Assembly (NCBI GenBank): GCA_963666835.2
Contig: CAXXGO010000005.1
Span: 128,001-192,000, forward strand
DNA: 64,000 bases
Reading direction: 5' to 3'
Source of the DNA: Phycisphaerae bacterium
Lineage (GTDB): Bacteria > Planctomycetota > Phycisphaerae > UBA1845
The notes below the pieces were generated by a model. The model was not told the DNA's origin. It did not search any database and saw nothing but the letters and a program-made list of their open reading frames with translations. The position numbers and the translations under genes are program-made. Position 1 is the stretch's first letter; every line of letters starts with the position of its first letter. This document shows positions 40,876 to 51,663 of the stretch, piece after piece.

Positions 40876-42597
40876 CTAAGCCACGACCTCGCGGGCGGCG
40901 TAGCGTGTGTGCAACAGATGGTGACTCTTTTCGCCCAGCGGCTCCCCGAGGAAGTCAGCGTAAAGCTGTTGGATCTCGGGGTTCAAATGCGACGCGCGAA
41001 TCTCGTCGTCGCGGTCAATCTGGTACAAAGCCTTCATTCGCGCCCGCAGTACGTCTATGTCCGCTCCCAACGGTTGACCGCCGCCTCCGATACACCCGCC
41101 CGGACAAGTCATCACTTCAATGAAGTGCAGGTCGTCGCGGCCGTTACGGAGCTCGTCCAGTAATGCCGCTGCGTTTGCCAGACCGCTGACCACCGCTACG
41201 CCCAGTTCCAGTCCATCGATTTTGACCGTGGCGCGCTTAACCCCTTTGAGGCCGCGCAGTTGTTGGAGTCTCAGCTCCGGCAGTTCCGTTCCGGTGATAA
41301 GGAAGTGGGCCGAGCGGATTGCGGCTTCCATCACGCCGCCCGTGACTCCGAAGAGCTTGCCGGCGCTGCTGCGCTGTCCGAGTGGGGAATCCGCGGTGTC
41401 GGATTCCAGCGTGTTAAGGTCCAACCCCCGCATCTTGATGAGCCGGGCCAGCTCGCGCGTCGTCAATACTGCGTCGATATCCGGCAGCCCATCGCGAGCC
41501 ATCTCCGGTCGGGCGGCCTCGAACTTCTTGGCTGTGCAGGGCATGATCGAGACGCTGTAGATGTCCTTCGGATCGAGCCCCTGTTTCTGGGCATAGTGGG
41601 TTTTGATGACTGCTCCGAGCATCTGCTGAGGGCTCTTACAGCTCGACAGATTGGGGATGAAGTCCGGGTAGAGCTGCTCGACGAATTTGATCCACCCCGG
41701 TGAGCAGCTCGTCATCATCGGCAGCGTTCCACCTTTCTGAATACGCTGCACCAGTTCGGAGCCTTCTTCCATGATCGTCAGGTCCGCCGCGAAGGCCGTA
41801 TCGAACACGCGGTCGAATCCCAGTGTCCGCAGTGCCGCTACCATGACGCCGGCGACGTCTTTGCCCGGCTTCATGCCGAACTCCTCCGCCAGCGTTACCG
41901 ACACGGCCGGGGCGTGCTGCACTACAACGGTCTTACTCGAATCGGCCAAAGCCTCTATGACCTCGCCGAGGTTGTTCTGCTCGCGCAGTGCACCGGTTGG
42001 GCAGACCATCACGCACTGCCCACAGTTGATGCAGCTCGAGACGTTCATTCCCTGGTTAAAGGCCGTGCCGACCACCGCCTGGCTGCCGCGTCTGATAAAG
42101 TCGATAGCGGCCACCCCCTGAATTTCCTCACAGAAGCGAACGCACTTGCCGCAGAGGATGCACTTGGACGGGTCGCGCACCAGCGCCGGGCTCGATACGT
42201 CGAGTTGGTACTTGTTGCGGTCGCCGTGGTAACGCCGCTCGCGCACTCCCAACTCGTGCGCCAGGCTCTGCAGCTCGCATTCGTTGTTACGCACGCAATA
42301 CAAGCAGTCGTCCGGATGGCTCGCCAGCAGTAGCTCGATGATTGTCTGCCGGGCCCGCACGGCCCGCGGTGAATGGGTCTGCACTTTCATCCCGTCGACC
42401 GCCGGGTAGGCGCAGGACGGCACCAAGTTGTGCTGTCCCTCGACCTCGACCACGCACATACGGCACGCCCCGGTCGGCGTAAGGCCCTTCATATAGCATA
42501 ACGTCGGCACCTTCACCCCGGCGCGGCGGCACACATCCAGAATGGTCTCACCGTGCTCGGCTTTCACCGGTCGACCGTTAATCTCAACCGTAGTCAC
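40876..42597 (-). CDS. hydA: NAD-linked [FeFe]-hydrogenase catalytic subunit
   Basis: 2Fe2S, His-ligated and 2x4Fe4S motifs; TSCSPGW, MPCTAKKFE, EVMTCPGGCIGGGGQP. Confidence 0.93.
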   Translation of the reverse strand: MTTVEINGRPVKAEHGETILDVCRRAGVKVPTLCYMKGLTPTGACRMCVVEVEGQHNLVPSCAYPAVDGMKVQTHSPRAVRARQTIIELLLASHPDDCLYCVRNNECELQSLAHELGVRERRYHGDRNKYQLDVSSPALVRDPSKCILCGKCVRFCEEIQGVAAIDFIRRGSQAVVGTAFNQGMNVSSCINCGQCVMVCPTGALREQNNLGEVIEALADSSKTVVVQHAPAVSVTLAEEFGMKPGKDVAGVMVAALRTLGFDRVFDTAFAADLTIMEEGSELVQRIQKGGTLPMMTSCSPGWIKFVEQLYPDFIPNLSSCKSPQQMLGAVIKTHYAQKQGLDPKDIYSVSIMPCTAKKFEAARPEMARDGLPDIDAVLTTRELARLIKMRGLDLNTLESDTADSPLGQRSSAGKLFGVTGGVMEAAIRSAHFLITGTELPELRLQQLRGLKGVKRATVKIDGLELGVAVVSGLANAAALLDELRNGRDDLHFIEVMTCPGGCIGGGGQPLGADIDVLRARMKALYQIDRDDEIRASHLNPEIQQLYADFLGEPLGEKSHHLLHTRYAAREVVA

Positions 42598-42641
42598 AAC
42601 CAACTCCACTTCTTGGATTGCACCGTTCCTGCTCGGCCGAG

Positions 42642-44624
42642 TTACTCCGCGATTACCGCACCCAACCGACACACGTCGTAGCATGCCCCGCACGCAATGC
42701 ACTTGTCTTCAACGATATAATGCGGGGCCTTTACCGTCCCGAAGATCGCCTCGGCCGGACAGTGCTTAGCACACAGCGCGCAGCCTTTGCAGGCGTCCGG
42801 ATCGATGCGATAACGCAGCAGCTCGCGGCACGCGCCCGCCGGGCATCTGCGCTCATACACATGCGCCTCATACTCATGCCGGAACCACCGCAAGGTCGAT
42901 AGCACGGGATTGACCGCCGATTGACCCAAACCGCATAAACTCGTGTCGCGGATCACCGCTGCCAGCCGCTCCAGGTTCATCACGCCCTTGAATCGCTCGA
43001 GAGCGTCGTGGCCGGTCTCATTTCGGCGAGCCCGGGTGATGCCCTGCAGGATCTCCAGCATCCGCTTCGTGCCTTCGCGGCATGGAATGCACTTGCCGCA
43101 GCTTTCACGCTGGATGAAGTCCATGAAGAACTTGGCCACGTCCACCATGCACGTGTCTTCGTCCATGACGACGAGTCCGCCCGAGCCCATCATCGCACCG
43201 ACTGTTTTTAGCGACTCGTAATCGATCTCGATGTCCAGGCGTTGCTCCGGTATGCACCCGCCGGAAGGCCCGCCGATCTGTACGGCCTTGAACTTCTTTC
43301 CATCGGGGATTCCGCCGCCGATATCGAAGACTATTTCGCGCACGGTGGTGCCCATCGCAACCTCGACGAGCCCGGTCAACGCGATCTTGCCCGACAGGGC
43401 GAAGACCTTCGTCCCCTTGCTTGTTTCCGTTCCGACCGCGGAGAACCACGCTGAACCGTTCTCCGCCAGGGCCGGCAAGTTTGCGAGCGTCTCGACGTTG
43501 TTGATCACGGTCGGCTTGCCAAACAGGCCATTGACCGCCGGGAAGGGGGGGCGCGGTCGCGGCATCCCGCGCTTGCCTTCGATACTGTGGATTAGTGCCG
43601 TCTCTTCACCGCAGACGAATGCGCCCGCACCCATCTTGATAAGGATGTGGAGGTCAAACCCGCTGCCGAGGATGTTCTCGCCCAGCAAGCCGTAGGCGTG
43701 AGCTCGATCTATCGCCTGGCGGAGCCGTTCGATTGCCAATGGATACTCGGCGCGAATGTAGACGTAGGCCTTTTTCGCACCGATTGCGTAAGCTGCGATG
43801 GCCATCCCCTCCACGAGACGATGCGGATCACCCTCAATAACCGCCCGATCCATGAACGCTCCGGGGTCACCCTCGTCCGCGTTACAGATCAGGTACTTCT
43901 GCTCGCTCGGCGTGTTCAGGGCGAACTTCCACTTCCGCCCGGTAGGGAATCCACCGCCCCCGCGACCGCGCAGCCCCGATTGTTCAACTTCATCGCACAC
44001 TTCCGCGGGTGTTTTCGCACGCAGGATGCGCGCGAGTGCCTGGTAGCCGCCCCGCGCCAGATACTCGTCAATACTGCCAGGATCGATAAGTCCGCAGTTG
44101 GCCAACACCCAGCGCGTTTGTGGGGCGAAGAACGGATGCTCATCGAGATACGGTACTCCGGGCCAGGGTTTGGCCTGGGTTGCTCCGTTCGTCGCCGGAC
44201 GGAACTGTCCCAGCGCTCCTTCAGCGGGAATCCCGCCGGCCAGCACTTCATCGAATAGCGCGTCGACCTTCTTCTCGGTCACGTGCTGAAAGCTGACTCT
44301 CAATCGATCGGGGAGTTGTACGTCGACCAACGGCTCGGCGGCACACAGGCCTATGCAGCCGACTTCGACAACGTCGGCGTCCAGTTCATGAGTATCGAGG
44401 TACCTGCGAATGGCCGTTAGGGTCTTTGCCGCGCCGGCGCCGAGCCCGCATGTGCCCGCTCCGACGAAAATCGTCGGCCGGGTAACGACATCGCGCCGTA
44501 AGTTGGTCAGGCGCTCCTCAGCCTGAGCTGCGCCGGGTTCTCCGCGCAACAGGTCGCGTACCCACGCTGGTTGCCTGGCGGCCGTGGTGTGACAATCGCA
44601 GGGCGTCGTCCTACTCGTTGCCAT
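42642..44624 (-). CDS. hydB: NuoF-like flavin/NADH-binding hydrogenase subunit
   Basis: GLRGRGGGGF, CNADEGDPGAFMD, GAFVCGEETA, ESCGKCIPCREG, C-terminal 2x4Fe4S. Confidence 0.93.
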   Translation of the reverse strand: MATSRTTPCDCHTTAARQPAWVRDLLRGEPGAAQAEERLTNLRRDVVTRPTIFVGAGTCGLGAGAAKTLTAIRRYLDTHELDADVVEVGCIGLCAAEPLVDVQLPDRLRVSFQHVTEKKVDALFDEVLAGGIPAEGALGQFRPATNGATQAKPWPGVPYLDEHPFFAPQTRWVLANCGLIDPGSIDEYLARGGYQALARILRAKTPAEVCDEVEQSGLRGRGGGGFPTGRKWKFALNTPSEQKYLICNADEGDPGAFMDRAVIEGDPHRLVEGMAIAAYAIGAKKAYVYIRAEYPLAIERLRQAIDRAHAYGLLGENILGSGFDLHILIKMGAGAFVCGEETALIHSIEGKRGMPRPRPPFPAVNGLFGKPTVINNVETLANLPALAENGSAWFSAVGTETSKGTKVFALSGKIALTGLVEVAMGTTVREIVFDIGGGIPDGKKFKAVQIGGPSGGCIPEQRLDIEIDYESLKTVGAMMGSGGLVVMDEDTCMVDVAKFFMDFIQRESCGKCIPCREGTKRMLEILQGITRARRNETGHDALERFKGVMNLERLAAVIRDTSLCGLGQSAVNPVLSTLRWFRHEYEAHVYERRCPAGACRELLRYRIDPDACKGCALCAKHCPAEAIFGTVKAPHYIVEDKCIACGACYDVCRLGAVIAE

Positions 44625-45099
44625 TGCTTGCGAGTTCCTTGTTGTATTGCCTAATGATCTTGCGGATCTTGTCCGGGGTGACTCCGGCGTGAAACTCGCC
44701 GTTGATTGCCACCACGGGGGCGAGCCCACACGCTCCGATGCACGCCACCACTTCGATACTGAACTTCCCGTCGCGCGTCGTCTGGCCCGGTTCGATCTTG
44801 AGCGCATGCCGCAACGCGTCGAGCACCGCGGCCGATCCCTTCACGTGACACGCGGTTCCGCGACATACCTGGCAGTGCACTTTGCCCTTGGGCTGAAAAC
44901 GAAACTGGTTGTAGAACGTCGCGACTCCGTAGACCTTACTGACCGGCAGCTTCAGCCATCTTCCGACGTCGACCATAGCTTTGCGCGACAGGTAACCGTA
45001 CCGCTCCTGCACGGCCTGTAGGATCGGGATGAGTTGCTCCCGCCTTGCATCCGGAAACGTGTTCAGAACGTCCGCCACATCTTCGTGTTGGGCAATCAC
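44611..45099 (-). CDS. hydC: NuoE-like 2Fe2S hydrogenase subunit
   Basis: VYGVATFYNQF, CRGTACH, CIGACGLAP; GTGA overlap with rex. Confidence 0.92.
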   Translation of the reverse strand: MIAQHEDVADVLNTFPDARREQLIPILQAVQERYGYLSRKAMVDVGRWLKLPVSKVYGVATFYNQFRFQPKGKVHCQVCRGTACHVKGSAAVLDALRHALKIEPGQTTRDGKFSIEVVACIGACGLAPVVAINGEFHAGVTPDKIRKIIRQYNKELASNGNE

Positions 45100-45743
45100 A
45101 CCTTCTCCTCCGACCGACCCGCCCGGGCAAAAAACGCCACCTTTTCGAGCAGCAGGGCGATGTCCGCGTCTTCCACAAAGACCGAATCCGGCACGTGCAA
45201 ACGTACCGGCGCAAAGTTCAACAAGCCGCTCACCCCAGCGGCGATCAGACGTATTGCCGTATCCTGTGCGGCTTCGGCGGGGACCGCGATCACGCCGACG
45301 CGCATGGGGCACTCTGCGAGGACCCGCTCCAGTTCATCGATCATGTAGCAGCGGTACCCGTGCGTAATCCGGCCGGTTTTCTCTGGGTTGATGTCAAAGG
45401 CGGCGACTTGATATTCCGGGTGCTGCCGCGCGAGATAGTCCAGAATCGCCCGGCCCAGGTGCCCTGCGCCAACAAGGGCAAACCCTCCTATTGAGCGGGT
45501 GTCCAGTAATCCCGCGAGATGCTCGATGAGACCCTCAACGCCATAGCCTGTCGCCGGGCTACCGGTGTAGCCGATGGTCATCAGGTCCCGCCGCACCTGC
45601 GCCGGGGTGACCCGCTCAAGTCGGGCTAACTCGTGCGAGTAGATTTGAGTCCGTCCCTCTCCCAGGCATTGGCGCAGATGCCGCCTGTACGCCACTAGAC
45701 GCTCGACCATACGGTTCGGCAACGGCTCGACCCGATCAGGCAT
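45096..45743 (-). CDS. rex: Redox-sensing transcriptional repressor Rex
   Basis: RLVAYRR, SHELA..AQVRRDL..G..GYGV, VGAGHLGRA, LNFAP. Confidence 0.92.
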   Translation of the reverse strand: MPDRVEPLPNRMVERLVAYRRHLRQCLGEGRTQIYSHELARLERVTPAQVRRDLMTIGYTGSPATGYGVEGLIEHLAGLLDTRSIGGFALVGAGHLGRAILDYLARQHPEYQVAAFDINPEKTGRITHGYRCYMIDELERVLAECPMRVGVIAVPAEAAQDTAIRLIAAGVSGLLNFAPVRLHVPDSVFVEDADIALLLEKVAFFARAGRSEEKV

Positions 45744-45802
45744 TTGCTCCCCTCGCCGACACCCCATATCAAAGACCGCCATCTCTCTTCGTGCGGGGCG
45801 TG

Positions 45803-45864
45803 CTGTGAACACAATCACACTGCTAACTCATTCACAGTATACAACACCGCGCGCCCGCGGTCAA
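45803..45864 (-). promoter_or_regulatory. Sigma70-type promoter with tandem Rex operators
   Basis: Minus strand TTGACC (45864-45859)-N17-TATACT (45841-45836); boxes TGTGAA-CACA-ATCACA and TGCTAA-CTCA-TTCACA. Confidence 0.8.
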
Positions 45865-45961
45865 GCGGATAACCGGATTCGGGTGTACCATTCATTCTGG
45901 TCGGTTGCGCGTTAAAGCGACAGCGGAGGCGCGGTGTGGATGCGCGGGTGATCGCGCGACC

Positions 45962-46777
45962 TCACGCAGCAGATGAGCCTCGCCTGCTGCACATCGGGTC
46001 GTAGACGGGCGATGGGGCGACCGGTTCATTATCGAACGTAAGCGGCCGGTCGGCTTCTGGAGATCGAGGGAATGCGGACATCCCGGGCGGATTAGACGAG
46101 CAAGGCAGGAACACGGTGAACGTCGATCCCTCGTTCTCGCGCGTCTCAAGAGTCAATCGACCGCCATGTCGTTCCACCAGGCTCTTGGCACCGGCGAGGC
46201 CCACGCCGCTACCTTCGATTCCGCTCGCTCTGGCGTTCGAAGCGCGGAAGAACTCCCCGAACAGCCTGGGAACGTCGGCATCCGGGATGCCCATTCCGGT
46301 GTCGGTCACGGCCAGCACCGCCGAGTCATCCTGCTGCTGCAACGAGACGGTAACTGAGCCCGATGGTGTGTACTTGACGGCGTTGGAGACCAGGTTGGAC
46401 AGCACCAGGCGGTACCCTTGCACGTCGAAGCGGGCGTGGACGGGGTTCGAGGGCAGGTCGACGCGAAGGGCGAGCCCTTTTTGTTCGGCCTGTTCGCAGT
46501 ATTGCATGCAGCCCCGCTCGGTCTCCGCCCGAAGGTCCATCAGTTCGGCCTCGCCGAGGGGGCCATCAGACTTTGCACGCGCCAGATCGAGCAAATCAGT
46601 GATCAGCTCGGTCAGACTCCCCATCCGACGCGAGATCCTCGCCACCACTGCCCCTACAGGCGTGTCCGCCACGCTCTCGCGGCAAAGGAGCGCGTCGGCC
46701 AGCATTTGGGTGTCAGCCACGGGAGCCTTCAGCTCATGGACCATCATGCGAATGAACTGGGCCTGTTCTGTTTCCAC
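45962..46777 (-). CDS. Histidine kinase core without an input domain (possibly truncated)
   Basis: HELKAP, NLVSNAVKY, DTGMGI, GSGVGL. Confidence 0.75.
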   Translation of the reverse strand: METEQAQFIRMMVHELKAPVADTQMLADALLCRESVADTPVGAVVARISRRMGSLTELITDLLDLARAKSDGPLGEAELMDLRAETERGCMQYCEQAEQKGLALRVDLPSNPVHARFDVQGYRLVLSNLVSNAVKYTPSGSVTVSLQQQDDSAVLAVTDTGMGIPDADVPRLFGEFFRASNARASGIEGSGVGLAGAKSLVERHGGRLTLETRENEGSTFTVFLPCSSNPPGMSAFPRSPEADRPLTFDNEPVAPSPVYDPMCSRRGSSAA

Positions 46778-47001
46778 TAGTCTCAGTCCTTTTTCTCTTC
46801 GGCCACATTCAGGGTCCGCCCGCGGCCCACTCCGCGGGCGTCACATAGGTGTTCGTGCGCGAAGCGAGAATCAGCCCTTCGAAAGAGGAAAAAAAAGCAG
46901 TTTGCCGTCGAAACCCCAAATGTGGTGACTCCAGGGCGCGAAAGAACAGGGCGGGCCGACCTTGGTTGACCCGCCCGTTGCGTTGTGCTCCTGGAAGGCG
47001 G

Positions 47002-50000
47002 TTAGTTCGGACCGCTGAACGCCTTCTGGAACAGGGCGAGGTCGGCCAAGTCCACGGTTCCGCTATCGTCCATATCGAAGCAGGTGCAGCCGTCTTGCAT
47101 CGCGATATCCGGACCGGCCAGGCACTCCGCCAGGATTCCGAAGTCATCCAGGTCGGCATCGTTATCCATGTCGCAATCGCCCGACATGTTCGCCACGGTC
47201 ACCAGGGTGACGTCGTTCTCACCGTAGATGATCTCGGAGCCGCCGGCGTTGTTGATCGTCTGGCCGTTCAGGAACTCAAACTCGCCCGTTCCGGATTTGA
47301 ATGTCATAATCGTGAACGAGTCGCCGGGTAGGGGCTTGAATCCGTCAACCAACTCGATGGACAGCTCGCCACCGAGGTTAGCCGTTCCCTTGTGGGTGAT
47401 CTGATCGTGCTTCGTTCCGGGAGTCAAGCCCCCGATCTGGATCTCGACCGTGCCCGCGTAGGTGACATTCCCGCGACTCACGCCGGCGGGGCCGGTGTAG
47501 CCGGGAGAATCGGTGCCGAGGATGGTCACGTTGTTCAATGTGCCTAATCCTCTTATGTATCCAGTCAGTTCGATCTGCTCGACAGCGGAGTTCCCGAGGA
47601 TCGCACCGTCGTTGGTCAGTGACTTCGTCGGGTCATCCAGTGTTTCGATGACGCCGTGGCCGGTAACATGATCGCTGGAGGTCAGCCCGAGGCCGTTGGG
47701 CACGGTTAGCGTACCGCCGGCAATGCTCGTCGAACTGCCCGTGAAGAGCAGTCCTTGGTGATTAAGCGTTACATGATGGGGACCGACGGTGAGGCCACTG
47801 CCTATCTGAACTCCGCTGCTGCTATTGAGATTGCCGACCGTAAGATCACCGGTCGCCGTGACGGTGCCGGCCGTCCAGAAATCGCCGTTGACCGTGCCGA
47901 AGTCGTGGAAGTTCGCAGCAAGCATATCGAATAGCTCGGCGTTGATCGTTCCGCCGTTCAGGGTCGTTGCGAGGATGTTGAGAACGGTCACGTCCTGCTC
48001 CACCGTCACGGTTGCACCGGGTGCCAGGGATAGCGCGTGGATGTGCCCGCTGCCGTAGTCGCCGGACCCGATCAGCAGCGATCCCGGCATGGTCCAGGTC
48101 GAGCCCGCATCGTAGAGCGCGACCGGCGTCCATCCGTCGCCGACGATTGCCCCGTTCAGGGTCCCGCTGTTCGATATATCCAGCGGGCCTCCAGACAAGT
48201 CCAGAATACCGGAGCCATGCACCGCGACGTCACCGGTAAGATCCAGGTGGGGTGTCTTGACGATTCCGTTGTCGATTTCGACGGCAAACCCGTCCCAGAT
48301 TTTCGTCGTTCCGCCGACGATGAGCTTCGCGCCGTTATCGACGTTGATCATGCCGGTGCCCCCGGCGGTAGCCGAGTCGCCTCCGGCGTACAACGAACCG
48401 CCGCATTTCCACTGGGTGCCGCTGCCGGAGAGTGCGACTTGTGCCGTCGTGCCCGCCTCGGCGGCTATGTAGGCATTGTTGTTGAACACCTTCGCCCCGT
48501 TGGCAACCGATAGCTGCGTGCCCTCGGCACCGCGCACCATCAGGGTGTTGGCCATTGTCCAATCCGTGTTTGCGCCGGTGAGGATCGCCGAGCCCACCCC
48601 GGATGCGTTGCCCACGACTCCGGCACCGCTTTCGACGGCGGCACCACTGCCTATGGTCAGGGTTCCATTCGTGGTCGGCCCCACGAAGAGAGTGTCGGAA
48701 ACCGACAGCGACTTGTGGCCGGTGATCTGCAGGTCGTCGCCGAACGGCTCGCCGCTATCGATACTCAGACTGTCGTTCGTGACGTTGATCGAGCCGGTGA
48801 CCCAATTCCAGGCCGTTTCGCAGCCCGTGAGCGTCCCGGCGTTGATGGTCCCGCTGCTTGTAAGGTTGATGTCGCAGCTCGAGTTATGATAGAGCTGGTT
48901 CGTTACTTCTAGCGTTCCCCCATCCACATCGATCGTGCCCGCGGCGTTTAAGTTGGCACAGGCGGTGACCCCGCCATTGGCGGTGAGTGTGCCGTTGTAG
49001 AAGACATCCAGTTCCGCGGCCTCGAACTCTCCGCCGTCAACTGCGATCTCGCCGCCGTTTCGGAGATCTACGTCGCCAAACTGGGCGGAACCGGTGAACA
49101 CGTTGATCAAGCCCGAGGACCAAACCGTCGTGTCTCTCCACACCCGGACGTGTCCCCCGCCCGTCCAGACCAGACCTTCGCCTCCGGGGCCCGTGTCGTC
49201 TCCACCGACGACCAAGTCGCCATGGCAGAACCAGTCTCCCGAGTAGGAGCCGTTCTTACTCACGAAGACGGTGCCCTCCGCTCCGGGCTCCGCACCAACA
49301 TACGCGTCACCGGTGTTGCTGAGCTCGCCGAGCACCGTAACCATCCCATATCCGTTCTTGCCGATGGTCAGTGAACCGTCGTTTGCCCAGGTGCCCCAGA
49401 TTTTCGCGTGCCCGGCCGATCCGAAGGTCACGCCCAGAATCCCGGAACCGTTGTTCAGTTCGCTTTCGTCGTGAACCTCCAGCCTGCCCACGCCGTTGGA
49501 TCCGACCCAGGTCGGGTAGGGACTGGTCCAGATGACCGGACCTTCGTAGTCATAGAACTGATCTCCAAGTTCGAGGGCGCCCTCACTGAGGTCGGCCTGG
49601 CCAAGCAGGACCATTCCGCCCGCGTTCACGTAGCCGGGCGGGGCACATTCGCTCGTGCCGCCAAACAGCTTCAACGAAGCCGTTTGCCCGGCGGTGGTCC
49701 CGACCCTGGCGGCCGTCTTTACGAAGCTGTCGGAGCCGAGAAGATCGTACGATACCGGAGCCATACACCCGGCGGATGCGGGTACTCCGAGCATAAGAGT
49801 GACGTCTCCCTCGGCCACCGTTAGATCCTTGGTTGTCGTCGCAAGTTCTCCGAAGTACACGCTGGTATAGCCGGACCGGTCGAATACTGCGGTATCCGAG
49901 CTTGCCGGTGGCCCGGTCGGCGTCCAGTTTGCGGGGATGTTGAAATAGCCGCCGGATGGCCCGGTGTACTCGTAGACGGCGGCGTACGCGGGCTGCAAGC

Positions 50001-50061
50001 ACGCGACGAGTGTCAAAGCTACGCCAATCAACCGCGGTAGGGGTATTACGTTCTTTCTCAT
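47002..50061 (-). CDS. Large secreted beta-helix/adhesin-like protein with dockerin-like C-terminus
   Basis: Signal peptide; Gly-rich repeats of the T5SS/PEP-CTERM-associated type; GDCDMDNDADLDDF..CFDMDDSGTVDLADL. Confidence 0.8.
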   Translation of the reverse strand: MRKNVIPLPRLIGVALTLVACLQPAYAAVYEYTGPSGGYFNIPANWTPTGPPASSDTAVFDRSGYTSVYFGELATTTKDLTVAEGDVTLMLGVPASAGCMAPVSYDLLGSDSFVKTAARVGTTAGQTASLKLFGGTSECAPPGYVNAGGMVLLGQADLSEGALELGDQFYDYEGPVIWTSPYPTWVGSNGVGRLEVHDESELNNGSGILGVTFGSAGHAKIWGTWANDGSLTIGKNGYGMVTVLGELSNTGDAYVGAEPGAEGTVFVSKNGSYSGDWFCHGDLVVGGDDTGPGGEGLVWTGGGHVRVWRDTTVWSSGLINVFTGSAQFGDVDLRNGGEIAVDGGEFEAAELDVFYNGTLTANGGVTACANLNAAGTIDVDGGTLEVTNQLYHNSSCDINLTSSGTINAGTLTGCETAWNWVTGSINVTNDSLSIDSGEPFGDDLQITGHKSLSVSDTLFVGPTTNGTLTIGSGAAVESGAGVVGNASGVGSAILTGANTDWTMANTLMVRGAEGTQLSVANGAKVFNNNAYIAAEAGTTAQVALSGSGTQWKCGGSLYAGGDSATAGGTGMINVDNGAKLIVGGTTKIWDGFAVEIDNGIVKTPHLDLTGDVAVHGSGILDLSGGPLDISNSGTLNGAIVGDGWTPVALYDAGSTWTMPGSLLIGSGDYGSGHIHALSLAPGATVTVEQDVTVLNILATTLNGGTINAELFDMLAANFHDFGTVNGDFWTAGTVTATGDLTVGNLNSSSGVQIGSGLTVGPHHVTLNHQGLLFTGSSTSIAGGTLTVPNGLGLTSSDHVTGHGVIETLDDPTKSLTNDGAILGNSAVEQIELTGYIRGLGTLNNVTILGTDSPGYTGPAGVSRGNVTYAGTVEIQIGGLTPGTKHDQITHKGTANLGGELSIELVDGFKPLPGDSFTIMTFKSGTGEFEFLNGQTINNAGGSEIIYGENDVTLVTVANMSGDCDMDNDADLDDFGILAECLAGPDIAMQDGCTCFDMDDSGTVDLADLALFQKAFSGPN

Positions 50062-50840
50062 GACAGTCACTTTCATTCTCTTTCTGCTTCTTCGCAATCA
50101 GAACCGAGGTGGTTCGCTCGATAAGGTCTTGTGGCCGATTCTTGTTCTTTCTGGTTTCAGTCGGAGGCAGCGTTTTTGTTCTCGCCCGGCATATCCGTCT
50201 GAGACTCATGCTCGCGGAACCTGTCCTCCAGATTCCAATCTCCAGGCCGCCGGCCGCTGCGGATAGCCATCTCGGCTTGAGCCTCGCGGATCCCCCAATC
50301 CTCGCTACGCCCGGTACTCCACTTGATCTTCGGTGTCACTCTCTTTCCTTCCTTTTCGTTGGTGCGGTCAGAACCGAGGTGATTCGCACCTCGGCATTTG
50401 CGGTTCGACTCAGGCCCACGCGGCGTCCCCAAGCCACTGATCGTTCAGGCTGTTTCGCCGGCCGGTCGCCGCCGTCCGGCGACCGCCTCACAAAAGGGTT
50501 CGCATGACGTGCTGGAATCAGCCCCGAAGAAGCAGAAAGATCTTTTGGACGCGGGGTCTGCAGGCCGCGACCGGCCTGGCCGGTTGTCAGAGCAGTTTGT
50601 TATCGGGTCTTCGGGTGCTGATTGAGGATTCTGGAAGCCCGTTCCGGCGCGCTGAAGCTGCACGCGGGTTTTGGTTTCGAACCGGCGTCGCGGGCTGCCG
50701 GACGATGCGTTTTGCAGAGAGTATCTGCCGGCTTCTTGAGGGCCGCGACCAATCCGAGGCTTCAGGCGGATTCCGAAAAGGCACGGGACGCCTTGATTAC
50801 TGCGGTAGGGCGGCGTCGCCCGCGATCGGCCCGACCCGGC

Positions 50841-51425
50841 TTATGCGCCCGGGGCGTCTTCGCATTCGAACTCCGCCATTTTGTTGCGTACTCGCCGTAG
50901 CATCCTGGCCTTGGCTTTGTAAACCTGATTGGGGTTCATGCCGAGTTCGTCACAGGCCTCGGTGACGGGGCGACCTTCAACGACCACGATCGAGAAGGCC
51001 TGGAAGGTCGCTCGAGAAACCTCGTTGCGAAGCTGTTCCACGCAGTGCTTGAGATGCTGGTTCTTCCACTCAATCTCCCAGACTTGCTCCGGGGATAGGT
51101 GGTCGTCTTGAATTTGACGCAGAGCGCCGGTGTTGGCCTGATGCTCGCGCCTCTTGCGGAACAGGTCTATGACGCGGCGATCGACCATCGTTCGTAGCCA
51201 GGCCTTGAATCCGCCCTTCGCTCGGTCGTAGTCAAAGGTCTGGATCTGCTGCACGATGGCCTTGTAGCACTCTGATCGAATATCGTCGGCGTCATCACGG
51301 TTCAAGCCGCGTTTGCGGGCGTATCGGTAGATGAGCGGCGCGTAGAGATCGTGAAACTCCGACCATGCTTCAGTGGAGTTGGCGTCCCTGATGCGGATGA
51401 GCAGACTGGCCCGTGTCGTGTTCAT
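50841..51425 (-). CDS. ECF sigma factor (planctomycete type)
   Basis: TTRASLL..AWSEF..YAPLI, FDYD..GGFKAWL, NQVYKAKAR. Confidence 0.9.
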   Translation of the reverse strand: MNTTRASLLIRIRDANSTEAWSEFHDLYAPLIYRYARKRGLNRDDADDIRSECYKAIVQQIQTFDYDRAKGGFKAWLRTMVDRRVIDLFRKRREHQANTGALRQIQDDHLSPEQVWEIEWKNQHLKHCVEQLRNEVSRATFQAFSIVVVEGRPVTEACDELGMNPNQVYKAKARMLRRVRNKMAEFECEDAPGA

Positions 51426-51663
51426 AGGGCTGAATTCCTCGGCGACGTGCAGTCCGGATTCCTGGTAAGTTACGTTCCCGGTAGGGCGGATGGCCCGAGC
51501 GTTAACTCCGAATCGTCCTTAAGCTGAATCCCGCAGCACGGCAGCCCGTTTGCGCGGCCGACAGACATTTACGCGGCACTCCGGTTCTTCGGCCCACGGC
51601 AATAGACTCCATCACCTTGCGGGCATTCTATCGGTTTGCGGCTGGAACCGTCAATCAAATCGC

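Noticed and set aside
50370..50430. tRNA-like sequence around GGTTCGACTC
   Set aside because: No acceptor stem, D arm or anticodon arm could be formed.
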